DNA of 64,000 bases from Candidatus Reconcilbacillus cellulovorans. Its GTDB lineage: Bacteria; Bacillota; Bacilli; Paenibacillales; Reconciliibacillaceae. Where the stretch lies: contig MOXJ01000012.1 in the NCBI GenBank assembly GCA_002507565.1, forward strand, positions 1,035-65,034, in the 5' to 3' direction. A program made the position numbers and the translations under genes. Each line of letters starts with the position of its first letter. Position 1 is the first letter of the stretch. Shown here piece after piece: positions 18,900 through 28,093 of the stretch. The notes under the pieces were generated by a model that saw nothing but the letters and a program-made list of their open reading frames with translations, made no database searches and was not told where the DNA came from.

Positions 18900-19798
18900 G
18901 CCGACCGCCCCCTCTGCCGGCCGAGTTCCTCCAGCAGAGACCGGACGAGCGCGTCGGCGAGAATGCGTCCGGCCGTTTTCGGCGCTACAAGGCCGGGAAG
19001 GCTCGGGGCCAGGATCGCCTTGATGCCGCGTTTTTCCGCAAACCGAAAATCCGTTCCTCCCGGGCGCGATGCGAGATCGATGATGACCGCTCGGGGAGAC
19101 AGCTCCGCTATCACATGCGCTGTGATTATCATAGTGGGAACCGTGTTAAAAAGCAAGTCCACATCGCGCACATGAAGCGCAAGTTCGTTCGTGTCGAACG
19201 GAACGTATCCGCATTCCCACGCCCTGGCGAATTGCTCCGAACACCGGACGCCGACCTTCACGACGGCTCCAAGTCCCTTGAGCATTCGGGCAAGCGTCAT
19301 GCCGGTACGGCCGAATCCGACTACCATCGACACCGAGCCATGAATCGTCGTGTCCGTATGCTGAATCGCCAGCATGATCGCGCCTTCAGCGGTCGGGACA
19401 GAATTGTAAATCGCCACATCGTCCCGCTCGAGCAGTTCCTCGACGGGAACGCCGCAAGACGCACAAAGCGATTTCAGATAAGGTCTGGCGATTCCGGTAT
19501 AGACCTTGGCCCCTTCGGCCAGACGTTCTAGATGCTCCCGTTTCAATATCAGTTCCTGGCTAGAAAACACCGAATCGACGACGCCTCGCTCGTCGGTTCC
19601 GACGACGGGAAGCACGACCGCGTTGGCGTCCGCAAAAGCCCCGGGTTCCATCGCACACTTCATGGCGCCGCCGTACGGCACCTGAAGATGGTCGAACCCG
19701 ATCAGCACCAGCATGGCGTCCAGTTCGGCGAACCGGCGAATGACTTCCGTTTGCCGGGCATCGCCGCCGACCATGACGATCTTGACGTTCGTCAACAT
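18896..19798 (-). CDS. dpaA: Dipicolinate synthase subunit A (SpoVFA)
   Basis: The ORF runs 18896-19813. ATG at 19798 gives MLTNVKIVMVGGDARQTEVIRRF, colinear with the B. subtilis SpoVFA N-terminus (MLTGLKIAVIGGDARQ). Confidence 0.92.
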   Translation of the reverse strand: MLTNVKIVMVGGDARQTEVIRRFAELDAMLVLIGFDHLQVPYGGAMKCAMEPGAFADANAVVLPVVGTDERGVVDSVFSSQELILKREHLERLAEGAKVYTGIARPYLKSLCASCGVPVEELLERDDVAIYNSVPTAEGAIMLAIQHTDTTIHGSVSMVVGFGRTGMTLARMLKGLGAVVKVGVRCSEQFARAWECGYVPFDTNELALHVRDVDLLFNTVPTMIITAHVIAELSPRAVIIDLASRPGGTDFRFAEKRGIKAILAPSLPGLVAPKTAGRILADALVRSLLEELGRQRGRSA

Positions 19799-19847
19799 CC
19801 GCTGGCTTCGCACCCCTTTCGTTTCGAGCGCCTCGCCTTTTCCTGAG

Positions 19848-19875
19848 CATCCTATGCGGGTGTTGCGAAAGGGGT
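19848..19875 (-). promoter_or_regulatory. Putative mother-cell sigma-K-type promoter of dpaAB
   Basis: The minus strand reads AC-(17 nt)-CATAGGAT, compared with the sigma-K consensus AC-N16/17-CATAnnnTA. It lies about 50 nt upstream of the dpaA start. B. subtilis spoVF is sigma-K dependent. Confidence 0.35.
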
Positions 19876-19899
19876 GACGAACGTCCCGGATGAACGACT

Positions 19900-20352
19900 C
19901 TATCGTCCGGTATGGCCGAAACCGCCGGCACCGCGCTCAGTGGCGGGAAGCTCGTCGACCGGTTCGAACTCGACGTCGGGAACTCGTTGAAAAACAAGTT
20001 GCGCGATGCGGTCGCCGCGCCTGATTGTAAACGGCTCTTCCCCGAGATGAATAAGCAGCACGCGGATTTCTCCGCGATAATCGGCGTCGATCGTCCCCGG
20101 CGAATTGAGACAAGTAATCCCGTACCGGTGAGCGAGGCCGCTTCTCGGCCTCACTTGAGCCTCCAGACCTTCCGGCATTGCAACCGCTACGCCGGTCGGC
20201 ACGAGCGCCCGCTCGCCGGGCCGAAGCACAAGTTCTCCTTCGACGGCGGCGTGTAGGTCGTAACCGCTTGCGGATGCGGACATTTTGCGCGGAAGCGGCA
20301 AATCTTCGTGGCCGGGCAACTGCTTGATCTGAACGCGATAACGATCAGGCAT
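19900..20352 (-). CDS. dut: dUTP diphosphatase
   Basis: 150 aa with trimeric dUTPase motifs ([37 protein letters not shown]). Confidence 0.95.
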   Translation of the reverse strand: MPDRYRVQIKQLPGHEDLPLPRKMSASASGYDLHAAVEGELVLRPGERALVPTGVAVAMPEGLEAQVRPRSGLAHRYGITCLNSPGTIDADYRGEIRVLLIHLGEEPFTIRRGDRIAQLVFQRVPDVEFEPVDELPATERGAGGFGHTGR

Positions 20353-20373
20353 AACTTTTCCTCCGTCCTTTAT

Positions 20374-21630
20374 TTAGGCGACGATCAAACGACCGCCGTA
20401 AGCGCTCAACGCATCGTCGGCCGGCCCGACAAGCGCCGCCGCAAGCTGGACTCCAAACATCGATTCGGCGGCTTCGTGCACGTCGTGCTGCGTCACCGCC
20501 TCGATTTTCTTCAAAACGTCCTCGATCGGTTCATGACGTCCGAGCAGCAACTCGTTCTTGCCGAGGCGATTCATCCGACTGCTCGTACTTTCAAGGCTCA
20601 ACAACAAATGGCCTTTCAACTGTTCCTTCGCCTTGGACCATTCTTTCTGTGAAAGGCCGTTGCGGCGAATATCGGACAAAATTTCCAGAACCAGCTCCAA
20701 CACTGCGGCAGTCTGTCTGGGCGCCGTGCCGGCGTAAATCGTCAGCAACCCCGAATCCGTATAGGCCGTGTGGTACGAATAGACCGAATACGCCAACCCG
20801 CGGCGTTCGCGGATCTCCTGGAACAACCTGGAACTCATGCTCCCTCCCAGCGCGTTGTTGAGCACCAGCACAGCGTAATAACGCGGATCGTCCAGACGAC
20901 AACCGGGCAAGGCAAGGCAAAGATGGTTCTGTTCGGTCTGCTTGCGATGCACGACCGTTCCGCCCTGGAAAGTCGGGGGGTCCGACGTCACATTCCGGTC
21001 GTCGGGAGGATGGGCCCCGAAATGCCGCTCGACCAATTCGATCGTCCGGCCGACGTCCACATTGCCGGCCGCCGCCACGACGATACGGCCGGACGTATAA
21101 TGATCGCGGATATACGCCAACAGTTCTCCCCGGCCCAACTGTTTCAGATTCCGCTCGGTCCCCAGTACGGCGTAGCCGAGCGGATGGGTGCCGAACGCGG
21201 CCCGCGCGATCAGATCGTGCACCAGGTCGTCCGGGGTGTCGTCGTACATCGCGATTTCTTCCAGGATCACGTTTCGCTCTTTCGCCAATTCCGTCTCGTC
21301 CAGGCGCGATCTGAAAAACATATCCGCCAACACGTCGACGGCGATCGGCAAATGTTCGTCGAGCACTTTGGCATAATAGCAGGTGTATTCTTTCGTCGTA
21401 AACGCGTTGACGTTGCCGCCGATGCTGTCGAACGTTTCGGCGATCTCTTTGGCGCTGAAACGGTCCGTCCCCTTAAACAGCATATGTTCGATGAAGTGAG
21501 ACACTCCGTTCCACGAATCAGGCTCGTATCTCGAACCGGTCTTCACCCAAATGCCGAACGCGACGGACCGACAGGACGACATCGGCTCCAGAACGACGCG
21601 TATTCCGTTGTCCAGACGGTGCCGGATCAA
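20374..21630 (-). CDS. ymxG: M16-family zinc peptidase (YmxG/MlpA equivalent)
   Basis: 418 aa with a TTG start behind a GGAAGGAGGA SD. It has the HxxEH motif (SHFIEHMLFKGT) and sits between ylxY and dpaA. Confidence 0.9.
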   Translation of the reverse strand: MIRHRLDNGIRVVLEPMSSCRSVAFGIWVKTGSRYEPDSWNGVSHFIEHMLFKGTDRFSAKEIAETFDSIGGNVNAFTTKEYTCYYAKVLDEHLPIAVDVLADMFFRSRLDETELAKERNVILEEIAMYDDTPDDLVHDLIARAAFGTHPLGYAVLGTERNLKQLGRGELLAYIRDHYTSGRIVVAAAGNVDVGRTIELVERHFGAHPPDDRNVTSDPPTFQGGTVVHRKQTEQNHLCLALPGCRLDDPRYYAVLVLNNALGGSMSSRLFQEIRERRGLAYSVYSYHTAYTDSGLLTIYAGTAPRQTAAVLELVLEILSDIRRNGLSQKEWSKAKEQLKGHLLLSLESTSSRMNRLGKNELLLGRHEPIEDVLKKIEAVTQHDVHEAAESMFGVQLAAALVGPADDALSAYGGRLIVA

Positions 21631-21634
21631 GCGA

Positions 21635-22651
21635 TCAGTCCTCCTTCCCTCCCGTTTCGTATTTTATCACGGACGGACCGGCGAGTGGACGCTCGGGGTG
21701 AATTCTTGCAGGAGAAATCAGTTCGCTGACGGTGCCGAGCGCCAGCCCTTTGGCGCGGACGACGCGGATAATGTCCGCCAGCGCGGACCTGGATGCCGGC
21801 GTCGGGTGCATAAGGATGAGTGATCCCGGCTCCAGGTGCGCTTTCACTTTACGGACGACGGCATCTGGAGGAGGATTTTTCCAGTCCACCGTATCGATGG
21901 TCCACAAAATTGTTTTTAACCCTAGTTCGTAGGCTACCCGAACCGTCGTGTCGTCGTAATCACCCGACGGCGGAGCAAACAGACGATTGTCGACGCCCAG
22001 TCGCTCTTTCAGGATCGTCTGTGTCTTGACGATTTCTTCGCGCTGACGTTCGCGGCTTAAGCGGCTCATGTTCGGGTGCGAGTAGGCGTGATTGGACAGT
22101 TCATGCCCGTCTTCACCGATCCGCCGAGCGGTCTCCAAGTGACGGGACAGCCACGACCCGTCGAAAAAAAACGTCGCCCTTACGCCGCTTTCCCGAAACG
22201 TCTCCAACATGGCCGGCAAATGTTCGTCGCCCCAAGCCACATTGACCATCAGCGCCGCCATCGGCTTGCGGGGATTGCCTTTGTAAATCGGAAGGGGCCC
22301 GAGGTCGTCCAGGCCGACTTTCGGCGGTACCTCGCGAAACACCCAAGGAATGCCGGCTTCGACGCCGCGGCGCTTGGCTTCTTCGAAAGTTTTTTCTACG
22401 TCGACTTCCAGCCCGTTATAGCCGGGAATCGCCTTCCAAACCCGATCCGCGCGGGCGTCGATCGGCGGGATGTACAGATTCGACGCTTCCTGCCGGATCC
22501 GCGACAACAGCTCCGCGTCGGCCATCGCCGTCTTGCGTTCCGTTCCGTCCGCCATTCGCGCGGACAGCCATACGACGCACGCCGCAAGCGCGAACCCGAC
22601 GACTCCGGCGATGCCGATCAGCCGACGCTGATCGCTTCGTATATTCCCCAT
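21635..22651 (-). CDS. ylxY: Polysaccharide deacetylase family sporulation protein (YlxY equivalent)
   Basis: 338 aa with an N-terminal transmembrane segment and a NodB homology domain (MVNVAWGDEH...HAYSHPNMS...ILMHP). It lies directly downstream of pnp, as in Bacillus. Confidence 0.88.
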   Translation of the reverse strand: MGNIRSDQRRLIGIAGVVGFALAACVVWLSARMADGTERKTAMADAELLSRIRQEASNLYIPPIDARADRVWKAIPGYNGLEVDVEKTFEEAKRRGVEAGIPWVFREVPPKVGLDDLGPLPIYKGNPRKPMAALMVNVAWGDEHLPAMLETFRESGVRATFFFDGSWLSRHLETARRIGEDGHELSNHAYSHPNMSRLSRERQREEIVKTQTILKERLGVDNRLFAPPSGDYDDTTVRVAYELGLKTILWTIDTVDWKNPPPDAVVRKVKAHLEPGSLILMHPTPASRSALADIIRVVRAKGLALGTVSELISPARIHPERPLAGPSVIKYETGGKED

Positions 22652-22690
22652 TTGGGCGTTTCCCTCCGCGAACGACCGCGTTTTGTCCCA

Positions 22691-22717
22691 TGTCTATGCG
22701 GACTGTCCGAAGGGAAT
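22691..22717 (-). promoter_or_regulatory. Possible sigma-E/K-like promoter upstream of ylxY
   Basis: The minus strand reads ATT-(16 nt)-CATAGACA, which resembles the mother-cell -10 element CATACA-T. It lies between the pnp terminator and the ylxY start. This is a weak call. Confidence 0.25.
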
Positions 22718-22729
22718 GCCGCAGGGTCG

Positions 22730-22759
22730 AAAAATGAAAAAAGCCCCTCGTCGGAGCTT
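22730..22759 (-). terminator. Rho-independent terminator after pnp
   Basis: The minus strand reads AAGCTCC-GACGA-GGGGCTT (7 bp including one G-U pair) followed by TTTTTCATTTTT. Confidence 0.72.
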
Positions 22760-22764
22760 TCCGA

Positions 22765-24945
22765 TCAGCGCCTGCCCGACAGACGCGGTCCCGGGGTCTT
22801 GTGTCCAGGCAGCTTCGGCCCCTGCCCGCGTTGCGGCTGGGAGGGTTTCGGCGGAACGGGCAGCACCGCCTTGCGCGACAGGTTGATGCGTCCTTGCGGG
22901 TCGATTTCGGTCACTTTCACGGTCACCGTGTCGCCGATCGACAGTACGTCTTCGACGCGCGACACGCGTTCATGTGCCAGCTGAGAAATGTGGATGAGCC
23001 CTTCCTTGCCCGGCAATACTTCGACGAACGCGCCGAACTTCTCGATCCGCTTGACGGTCCCGAGATAGGTCTCGCCGACGACGACGTCGCGCACGATCCC
23101 CTCGATGATCTGTTTCGCCTTTTCGTTCATCTCGATGTTCGGAGACGTGATGTAGATCGTGCCGTCCTGCTCGATGTCGATCTTGACGCCGGTTTCTTCG
23201 ATGATCCGGTTGATGATTTTGCCGCCGGCGCCGATGACTTCGCGGATCTTGTCGGGATGGATGCGCATCGTCGTGATTTTCGGCGCATACGGCGAAAGCG
23301 TCTTGCGCGGTTCGGCGATCGTCGCCAGCATTTTATCGAGAATGTAGAGACGACCGACGCGCGCCTGCTCCAACGCTTGCCGCATGATCTCGCGGTCGAT
23401 GCCGGGGATCTTGATGTCCATCTGGATCGCGGTGACGCCTTGAGCGGTCCCGGCGACCTTGAAGTCCATATCGCCGTAATGGTCCTCGAGCCCCTGAATG
23501 TCGGACAAAATCGAAAAACGATCGCCTTCCTTGATCAAGCCCATCGCGATACCGGCGACCGGAGCTTTGATCGGCACGCCCGCGTCCATGAGCGCAAGCG
23601 TGCTGGCACAAATGCTCGCCTGCGACGTCGAACCGTTCGATTCCAGCACTTCGGACACAAGCCGAATCGTATACGGAAACTCGCGTTCCGAAGGAATCAC
23701 CATCTCCAGCGCTCGTTCGCCGAGGGCGCCATGGCCGATTTCGCGCCGGCTGGGCGCACGGATCGGGCGCGCCTCACCGGTGCTAAACGGCGGGAAATTG
23801 TAATGGTGCATGAACCGCTTCGATTCCTCTACGCCGAGGTCGTCGAGAATTTGCATGTCGCCGAGCGCCCCCAGCGTGCAGACGCTGAGCGCTTGCGTCT
23901 GGCCGCGAATAAACAGGCCGGATCCGTGCGTCCGCGGCAAAAGCCCGACTTCGCACTCGATCGGGCGGATTTCGTCGAGCCGGCGGCCGTCCGGCCGGAT
24001 GCGGTCGACAAGAATCATGCGGCGCACTTCGGTTTTGACGATATCATGGAGCACGTCCTTGACATCGGCCAGTTTCTCGGGCGTTTCCGCATACAATTCC
24101 GTGAAATGGGCGATCGTTTCCTGCTGAATGGCGTCGATCGCGTCTTGGCGGGACTGTTTCTCCGGAATGCGCAGCGCCTCGACCAGGCGGTCACCGGCGT
24201 AAGCACGGACCGCAGCATCGACTTCGGGATCGATCTGGCGCTCCGGAACTTCCATTTTCGGCTTGCCGGCCTCGCGGACCAGTTCTTCCTGCAGCTCGCA
24301 GACGCGCTTGACCTCTTCGTGACCGAACATGATCGCCTCAAGCAACACATCTTCAGGAACTTCCCGCGCTTCTCCCTCGACCATCATGATGGCGTCTTTC
24401 GTGCCGGCGACGACGACGAACAAGTCGCACGCCTGCGTCTGCGCCACCGTCGGGTTAATGACGAACTGCCCGTCCACTCTGGCGACGATGACGCCGCCGA
24501 TCGGGCCGTTGAACGGAATGTCCGAAATCGACAGCGCAGCGGATGTGCCGATCATCGCCGCGATTTCCGGAGCGCAGTCTTGGTCGACGCTCAGCACGAG
24601 GTCGACGACTTGCACCTCGTGGCGAAAATGGCTCGGAAACAGCGGTCGGATCGGCCTGTCCGTCAACCGGCTGGCAAGAATCGCCTTCTGGCTGGGCCGT
24701 CCCTCGCGTTTGATGAAACCGCCGGGAATTTTGCCGACGGCATAAAACCGTTCCTCGTAGTTGACCGTCAGTGGAAAAAAGTCGACTTCCTTCGGTTCCT
24801 TCGACGCCGTTACTGTGCATAGCACGGCGGTGTCGCCGTACCGGGCGAGAACGGCAGCGTTGGCCTGTTTCGCCAATCGCCCAGTTTCCAGGACGAGCGG
24901 CCTGCCGGCCAACTCCATGCGCACTTTTTTCTCCGTCGTGTTCAT
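22765..24945 (-). CDS. pnp: Polyribonucleotide nucleotidyltransferase (PNPase)
   Basis: The ORF track extends this gene to 25053, through the rpsO terminator. ATG at 24945 gives [32 protein letters not shown], the typical PNPase start. It has two RNase PH domains plus KH and S1 domains, and a Pro/Lys/Gly-rich C-terminal tail. Confidence 0.95.
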   Translation of the reverse strand: MNTTEKKVRMELAGRPLVLETGRLAKQANAAVLARYGDTAVLCTVTASKEPKEVDFFPLTVNYEERFYAVGKIPGGFIKREGRPSQKAILASRLTDRPIRPLFPSHFRHEVQVVDLVLSVDQDCAPEIAAMIGTSAALSISDIPFNGPIGGVIVARVDGQFVINPTVAQTQACDLFVVVAGTKDAIMMVEGEAREVPEDVLLEAIMFGHEEVKRVCELQEELVREAGKPKMEVPERQIDPEVDAAVRAYAGDRLVEALRIPEKQSRQDAIDAIQQETIAHFTELYAETPEKLADVKDVLHDIVKTEVRRMILVDRIRPDGRRLDEIRPIECEVGLLPRTHGSGLFIRGQTQALSVCTLGALGDMQILDDLGVEESKRFMHHYNFPPFSTGEARPIRAPSRREIGHGALGERALEMVIPSEREFPYTIRLVSEVLESNGSTSQASICASTLALMDAGVPIKAPVAGIAMGLIKEGDRFSILSDIQGLEDHYGDMDFKVAGTAQGVTAIQMDIKIPGIDREIMRQALEQARVGRLYILDKMLATIAEPRKTLSPYAPKITTMRIHPDKIREVIGAGGKIINRIIEETGVKIDIEQDGTIYITSPNIEMNEKAKQIIEGIVRDVVVGETYLGTVKRIEKFGAFVEVLPGKEGLIHISQLAHERVSRVEDVLSIGDTVTVKVTEIDPQGRINLSRKAVLPVPPKPSQPQRGQGPKLPGHKTPGPRLSGRR

Positions 24946-24978
24946 CGATTCCGATTTGGCCTCCCGATGCGAAATTGC

Positions 24979-25011
24979 CGGCACCGGTCTGCGCTCGGGC
25001 ACCCGGTGCCG
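24979..25011 (-). other. GC-rich stem-loop in the pnp 5' leader
   Basis: (C)GGCACCGG at 24979-24987 pairs with CCGGTGCC(G) at 25003-25011. This gives a 9-bp stem with a 15-nt loop and no U-tract. It lies between the rpsO terminator and the pnp SD. Confidence 0.35.
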
Positions 25012-25023
25012 TTTCGAGATTTG

Positions 25024-25062
25024 AAAAAAAGCAACCATGGTGGAAAACTCCACGACGGTTGC
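25024..25062 (-). terminator. Rho-independent terminator after rpsO (rpsO-pnp intergenic)
   Basis: The minus strand reads GCAACC-GTC-GTGGA-GTTT-TCCAC-CAT-GGTTGC followed by TTTTTTT, 20 nt after the rpsO TAA. Confidence 0.8.
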
Positions 25063-25081
25063 CGTTCGACGGGTGTCGCCG

Positions 25082-25351
25082 TTACCGGCGCAGCCCGAGA
25101 CGTTCGATGAGCGAAGTATACCGCTTGATGTCCGTTTTCCGCAAGTATTCCAGAAGTCTCCTGCGTTGACCGACCATTTTCAGCAGTCCGCGGCGCGAAT
25201 GGTGGTCTTTCTTGTGCACGCGAAGATGCTCGGTCAGCTGTTCGATCTGCTCGGTCAGAATCGCGACCTGGACTTCCGGCGAACCGGTATCCGATTCGTG
25301 CGTGCGGAACTGCCGGATGATTTCCTGTTTGCGCTCCTGCGTAAGCGCCAA
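25082..25351 (-). CDS. rpsO: 30S ribosomal protein S15
   Basis: 89 aa with a TTG start behind a GGGAGGTGA SD. The sequence is [57 protein letters not shown]. Confidence 0.97.
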   Translation of the reverse strand: MALTQERKQEIIRQFRTHESDTGSPEVQVAILTEQIEQLTEHLRVHKKDHHSRRGLLKMVGQRRRLLEYLRKTDIKRYTSLIERLGLRR

Positions 25352-25451
25352 CGTGCGTCACCTCCCGTTGCGTGACACCTCCCGCCCAGTCGCCGCCGGT
25401 GACAAACGGACGACCGCGCGGGGGAACGAGTCGTTGCCTTTTAACAGTCAA

Positions 25452-25480
25452 ATTGTATCACATCTTCGGACAAAGCGCAA
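25452..25480 (-). promoter_or_regulatory. Putative sigma-A promoter of rpsO (-35 TTGCGC, 17 nt, TGa-TACAAT extended -10)
   Basis: On the minus strand TTGCGC is at 25480-25475 and TACAAT at 25457-25452, preceded by TGA. It lies about 100 nt upstream of the rpsO start. Confidence 0.55.
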
Positions 25481-25506
25481 AGAGGCCGGGCGATGATCCA
25501 AGGCGA

Positions 25507-26673
25507 TCATCCGATTGTCTTCGCGCTCTCTTTGCCATTTGGTTTCCAGATGCGATAACGGCCGCTCAACATCAGAAGCGCGAACATATACAGACAATTG
25601 TCGTAATAGCGGCGCGGTCCTTTGCGAAGCGGCGTGTTCCAGAACCGTTCGACGAATTTGTAGGCATGGGGACCCTTTGCGGCAAGCGATGCCGCGGCAT
25701 TCGTCGCCAGCAGTCCGACGGGATGAAGCGCCTTTTCCTCATATGGCGTCCCGTCGATCGCGTACCGGCGATAATCTTCCGGAGGCTTGTCCGCGAAAAA
25801 AGCTTGAACGCGGTCGGCGATTTCCCGTAGCCTGTCGTCCGCGCGGAACCATTCCCAATCAAGCGCAATGTTGGCGACCACCCGGTACGAATCGCTGAAA
25901 AAATCGCCATGCCCCCGCACGGGATTCGGTGTCCCGTCGAAAAAGGCATATTCCGGCGCAAGCCCGGTCTCAGGGTGGCATGCTTTCTTTAGATACATTC
26001 TACTGGCTTCCGCCGCCTCTTTCCAGAACGGACGGTCTTCGGGATCCGTCCATAATGAAAATAATTCATAAAAATGAGGTAAATGGTAAGAAGGATCGGT
26101 AAAATCGCATTCCGGAATGAACTTGATCAATCGGTTGGCCGGATCCCACATCGGATAGCCGGGGCCGGATTCGCCCTGATGCAGGCATGTCCGCAGCAGG
26201 CGACGCGCCTGAACGCCGTAGTCGAACGGCGGTTCACCGTCGCCCCACCGATGCGAAGCAAACAGAAGCGCCATGGCGAAATATTCCTCGCCGTCCGGCG
26301 CCGGGCCGTTTGCGCGTCGCGTTCCGTCGGGGTTGCACGACCAGGCGAAATACCCCGCGTGAACGCCGTCCTTCATGAACATATACGTCATCGCCCATTT
26401 CCAGAGCCGGTCGAACACGTCCTTGCGGTCGAATTGTACGGCCATCATCATACCGTAAGACATTCCCTCGGTGCGCACGTCCAGGTTGCCCGTGTCCAGG
26501 ATAAAGCCCATGTCGTCGCCCACGGGATAATAAATGCGCGTGTCGTCGTCGCCTTCGAACAAGCTGCGCCACGTCTCCTGCAGTCTGTCGTCGATCTGTT
26601 GTTCATCGATGCCGCACTCCGCCAGCACGTTACGGTACTGCCCGGTGAAAAAAGCTCCCTGCGATTGCTCCAC
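25507..26673 (-). CDS. Glycoside hydrolase family 8, reducing-end xylose-releasing exo-oligoxylanase (Rex)-like; cytoplasmic
   Basis: The ORF track extends this gene to 26799. GTG at 26673 follows a GAAAGGAGA SD and gives EQSQGAFFTGQYRNVL. The sequence ...YYPVGDDMGFILDTGNLDVRTEGMSYGMMMAVQFDRKDVFDRLWKW...GYFAWSC.PDG...GPAPDGEEYFA... is colinear with the Bacillus halodurans Rex (BH2105) sequence as I recall it. There is no signal peptide. Confidence 0.85.
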   Translation of the reverse strand: MEQSQGAFFTGQYRNVLAECGIDEQQIDDRLQETWRSLFEGDDDTRIYYPVGDDMGFILDTGNLDVRTEGMSYGMMMAVQFDRKDVFDRLWKWAMTYMFMKDGVHAGYFAWSCNPDGTRRANGPAPDGEEYFAMALLFASHRWGDGEPPFDYGVQARRLLRTCLHQGESGPGYPMWDPANRLIKFIPECDFTDPSYHLPHFYELFSLWTDPEDRPFWKEAAEASRMYLKKACHPETGLAPEYAFFDGTPNPVRGHGDFFSDSYRVVANIALDWEWFRADDRLREIADRVQAFFADKPPEDYRRYAIDGTPYEEKALHPVGLLATNAAASLAAKGPHAYKFVERFWNTPLRKGPRRYYDNCLYMFALLMLSGRYRIWKPNGKESAKTIG

Positions 26674-26802
26674 GTTCGATATCTCCTTTCGCACCGTTTT
26701 TCGCGAGGGTGCCCGATCCTTCGCCGTACCCCGTGCGAACATTGTGCGCCGCAACGATGCCGGGGAAAACCCGAGAAAATTAAGATCGTACCCCCGCAAA
26801 CT

Positions 26803-27999
26803 TTAAGGAGCGTACAGGGCGGCCAGTAAAATACCGAGGCACTCCTGATAAATTTGTTCAAGCTGGGAAAGCGGAAGCGGATTGACGCCCATTCCGGCTT
26901 CGATCGTGAAGCCGGGACGACGCCATTCCATGATGAACCAATCCTTGTATCCGGCATAACTTTCGATATACCGAATAGGCGTATATCCGCTGACGCGCGC
27001 GAACTCGACGGCGAGCCGCTCCGACTCCGGCGGTTCGAAGCCCATGAAGCCCCAATAGATGACGCGGCCTTGCGTATGAAATGCCAGCACGCGGTGAAAA
27101 TCGCTTTCCCGCGTCAATTGTGCCATGGCGACCGCTTCCGGTTCGGTCAGCGGCGCGGTGCCCGGGTAATCGCGCGGCGCAGGCCCTTTGGCGGGCGAAC
27201 GCGCGACTTCACGCTCCCAGAAGGCCGGAAACTGGTCGTTCAGATCGACGCCGCGAATGTTGGCTTTCCAGCGAGAAAAATCCATACTGCCGCCGTTGAT
27301 GGCGACGACCCGGTCGCGATAGGGCTGCTCTCGCGGAGGGCCGTGAATGACGAGATCGACGCCGTCGGGGTTCACCATCGGCACCGCCGACAACGTCGCT
27401 ATGCGGTAATAAGGCGCCATGACGAGTCCCCGGACGGCCGTACCGTTCGTCAGGGCAAGCGCGTACTCGTTTAAAAAACGGACGAGCACCGGCGTCGTGA
27501 TCCATTCGTTGGCGTGAAACGCGCCGTTTACATGAACGCGTCTTCCTCCCCGGCCGATCCGCAATTCTTCGATCGGCTTGCCCAGGACGGATCGGCCGAT
27601 CGCGCGCCGGCGGACAAACGGATAGACTTCCGTCAGGCGGTCGAGATCCTCGGCGAGCGCGGCGGAATCATAGGCCCGCATCGGCCGGACGACCGGCCGC
27701 GTGACGCGAACGGGTACGCGGACGATTTGCCCGACGGCGAGCGTATTCGGCCGAATGCCGGGATTCAGCGCGAACAAGGCGTTCAGCGCCGTACCGTACC
27801 TCTGCGCAATCAACCACAGGCTTTCTCCCGCAACCACGCGGTGTTCAGCAACGGTATAACCGGGAATGCTGACCGTTGATCCGGGCAAAAGGCGCGACGG
27901 ATCGACGCCGGGATTCGAATCGAGAATCAGCTCGAGCGGAACGGCGAACAAGCGGCTGTACAGCCAAAACGAATCGCCGGGGCGGACGGTGACGCGCAT
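26803..27999 (-). CDS. LysM-LysM-M14 peptidase (gamma-D-glutamyl-meso-diaminopimelate peptidase I-like)
   Basis: 398 aa. It has two N-terminal LysM repeats (VRPGDSFWLYSRLF...; VVAGESLWLIAQRYG...) followed by an M14 zinc-carboxypeptidase domain (VHVNGAFHANEWITTPVL, ...VLAFHTQG). Confidence 0.82.
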   Translation of the reverse strand: MRVTVRPGDSFWLYSRLFAVPLELILDSNPGVDPSRLLPGSTVSIPGYTVAEHRVVAGESLWLIAQRYGTALNALFALNPGIRPNTLAVGQIVRVPVRVTRPVVRPMRAYDSAALAEDLDRLTEVYPFVRRRAIGRSVLGKPIEELRIGRGGRRVHVNGAFHANEWITTPVLVRFLNEYALALTNGTAVRGLVMAPYYRIATLSAVPMVNPDGVDLVIHGPPREQPYRDRVVAINGGSMDFSRWKANIRGVDLNDQFPAFWEREVARSPAKGPAPRDYPGTAPLTEPEAVAMAQLTRESDFHRVLAFHTQGRVIYWGFMGFEPPESERLAVEFARVSGYTPIRYIESYAGYKDWFIMEWRRPGFTIEAGMGVNPLPLSQLEQIYQECLGILLAALYAP

Positions 28000-28093
28000 G
28001 CGGCTTGCCTCCCGTTTTCAGTCGGTCTTCTTTTTTCATTCTTATGGGAAGAAGCCGGCGCGGATGACCGCCTGACACATCATATCCGACACG

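Noticed and set aside
25492-25511. The GATGATC-CAAGGC-GATCATC hairpin at the GH8 stop codon, considered as a terminator.
   Set aside because: The stem is only 7 bp and overlaps the stop codon, and no adjacent U-tract follows. The evidence is insufficient.
28023-28057. A hairpin (CGG-CTTCTT...AAGAAG-A-CCG) between pilD and the LysM-M14 gene, considered as a terminator.
   Set aside because: It has a 9-bp stem with a bulge and a 15-nt loop. It is followed by ACTGAAAACGGG and has no U-tract, so it is not a convincing intrinsic terminator. It may be a processing or stability element.
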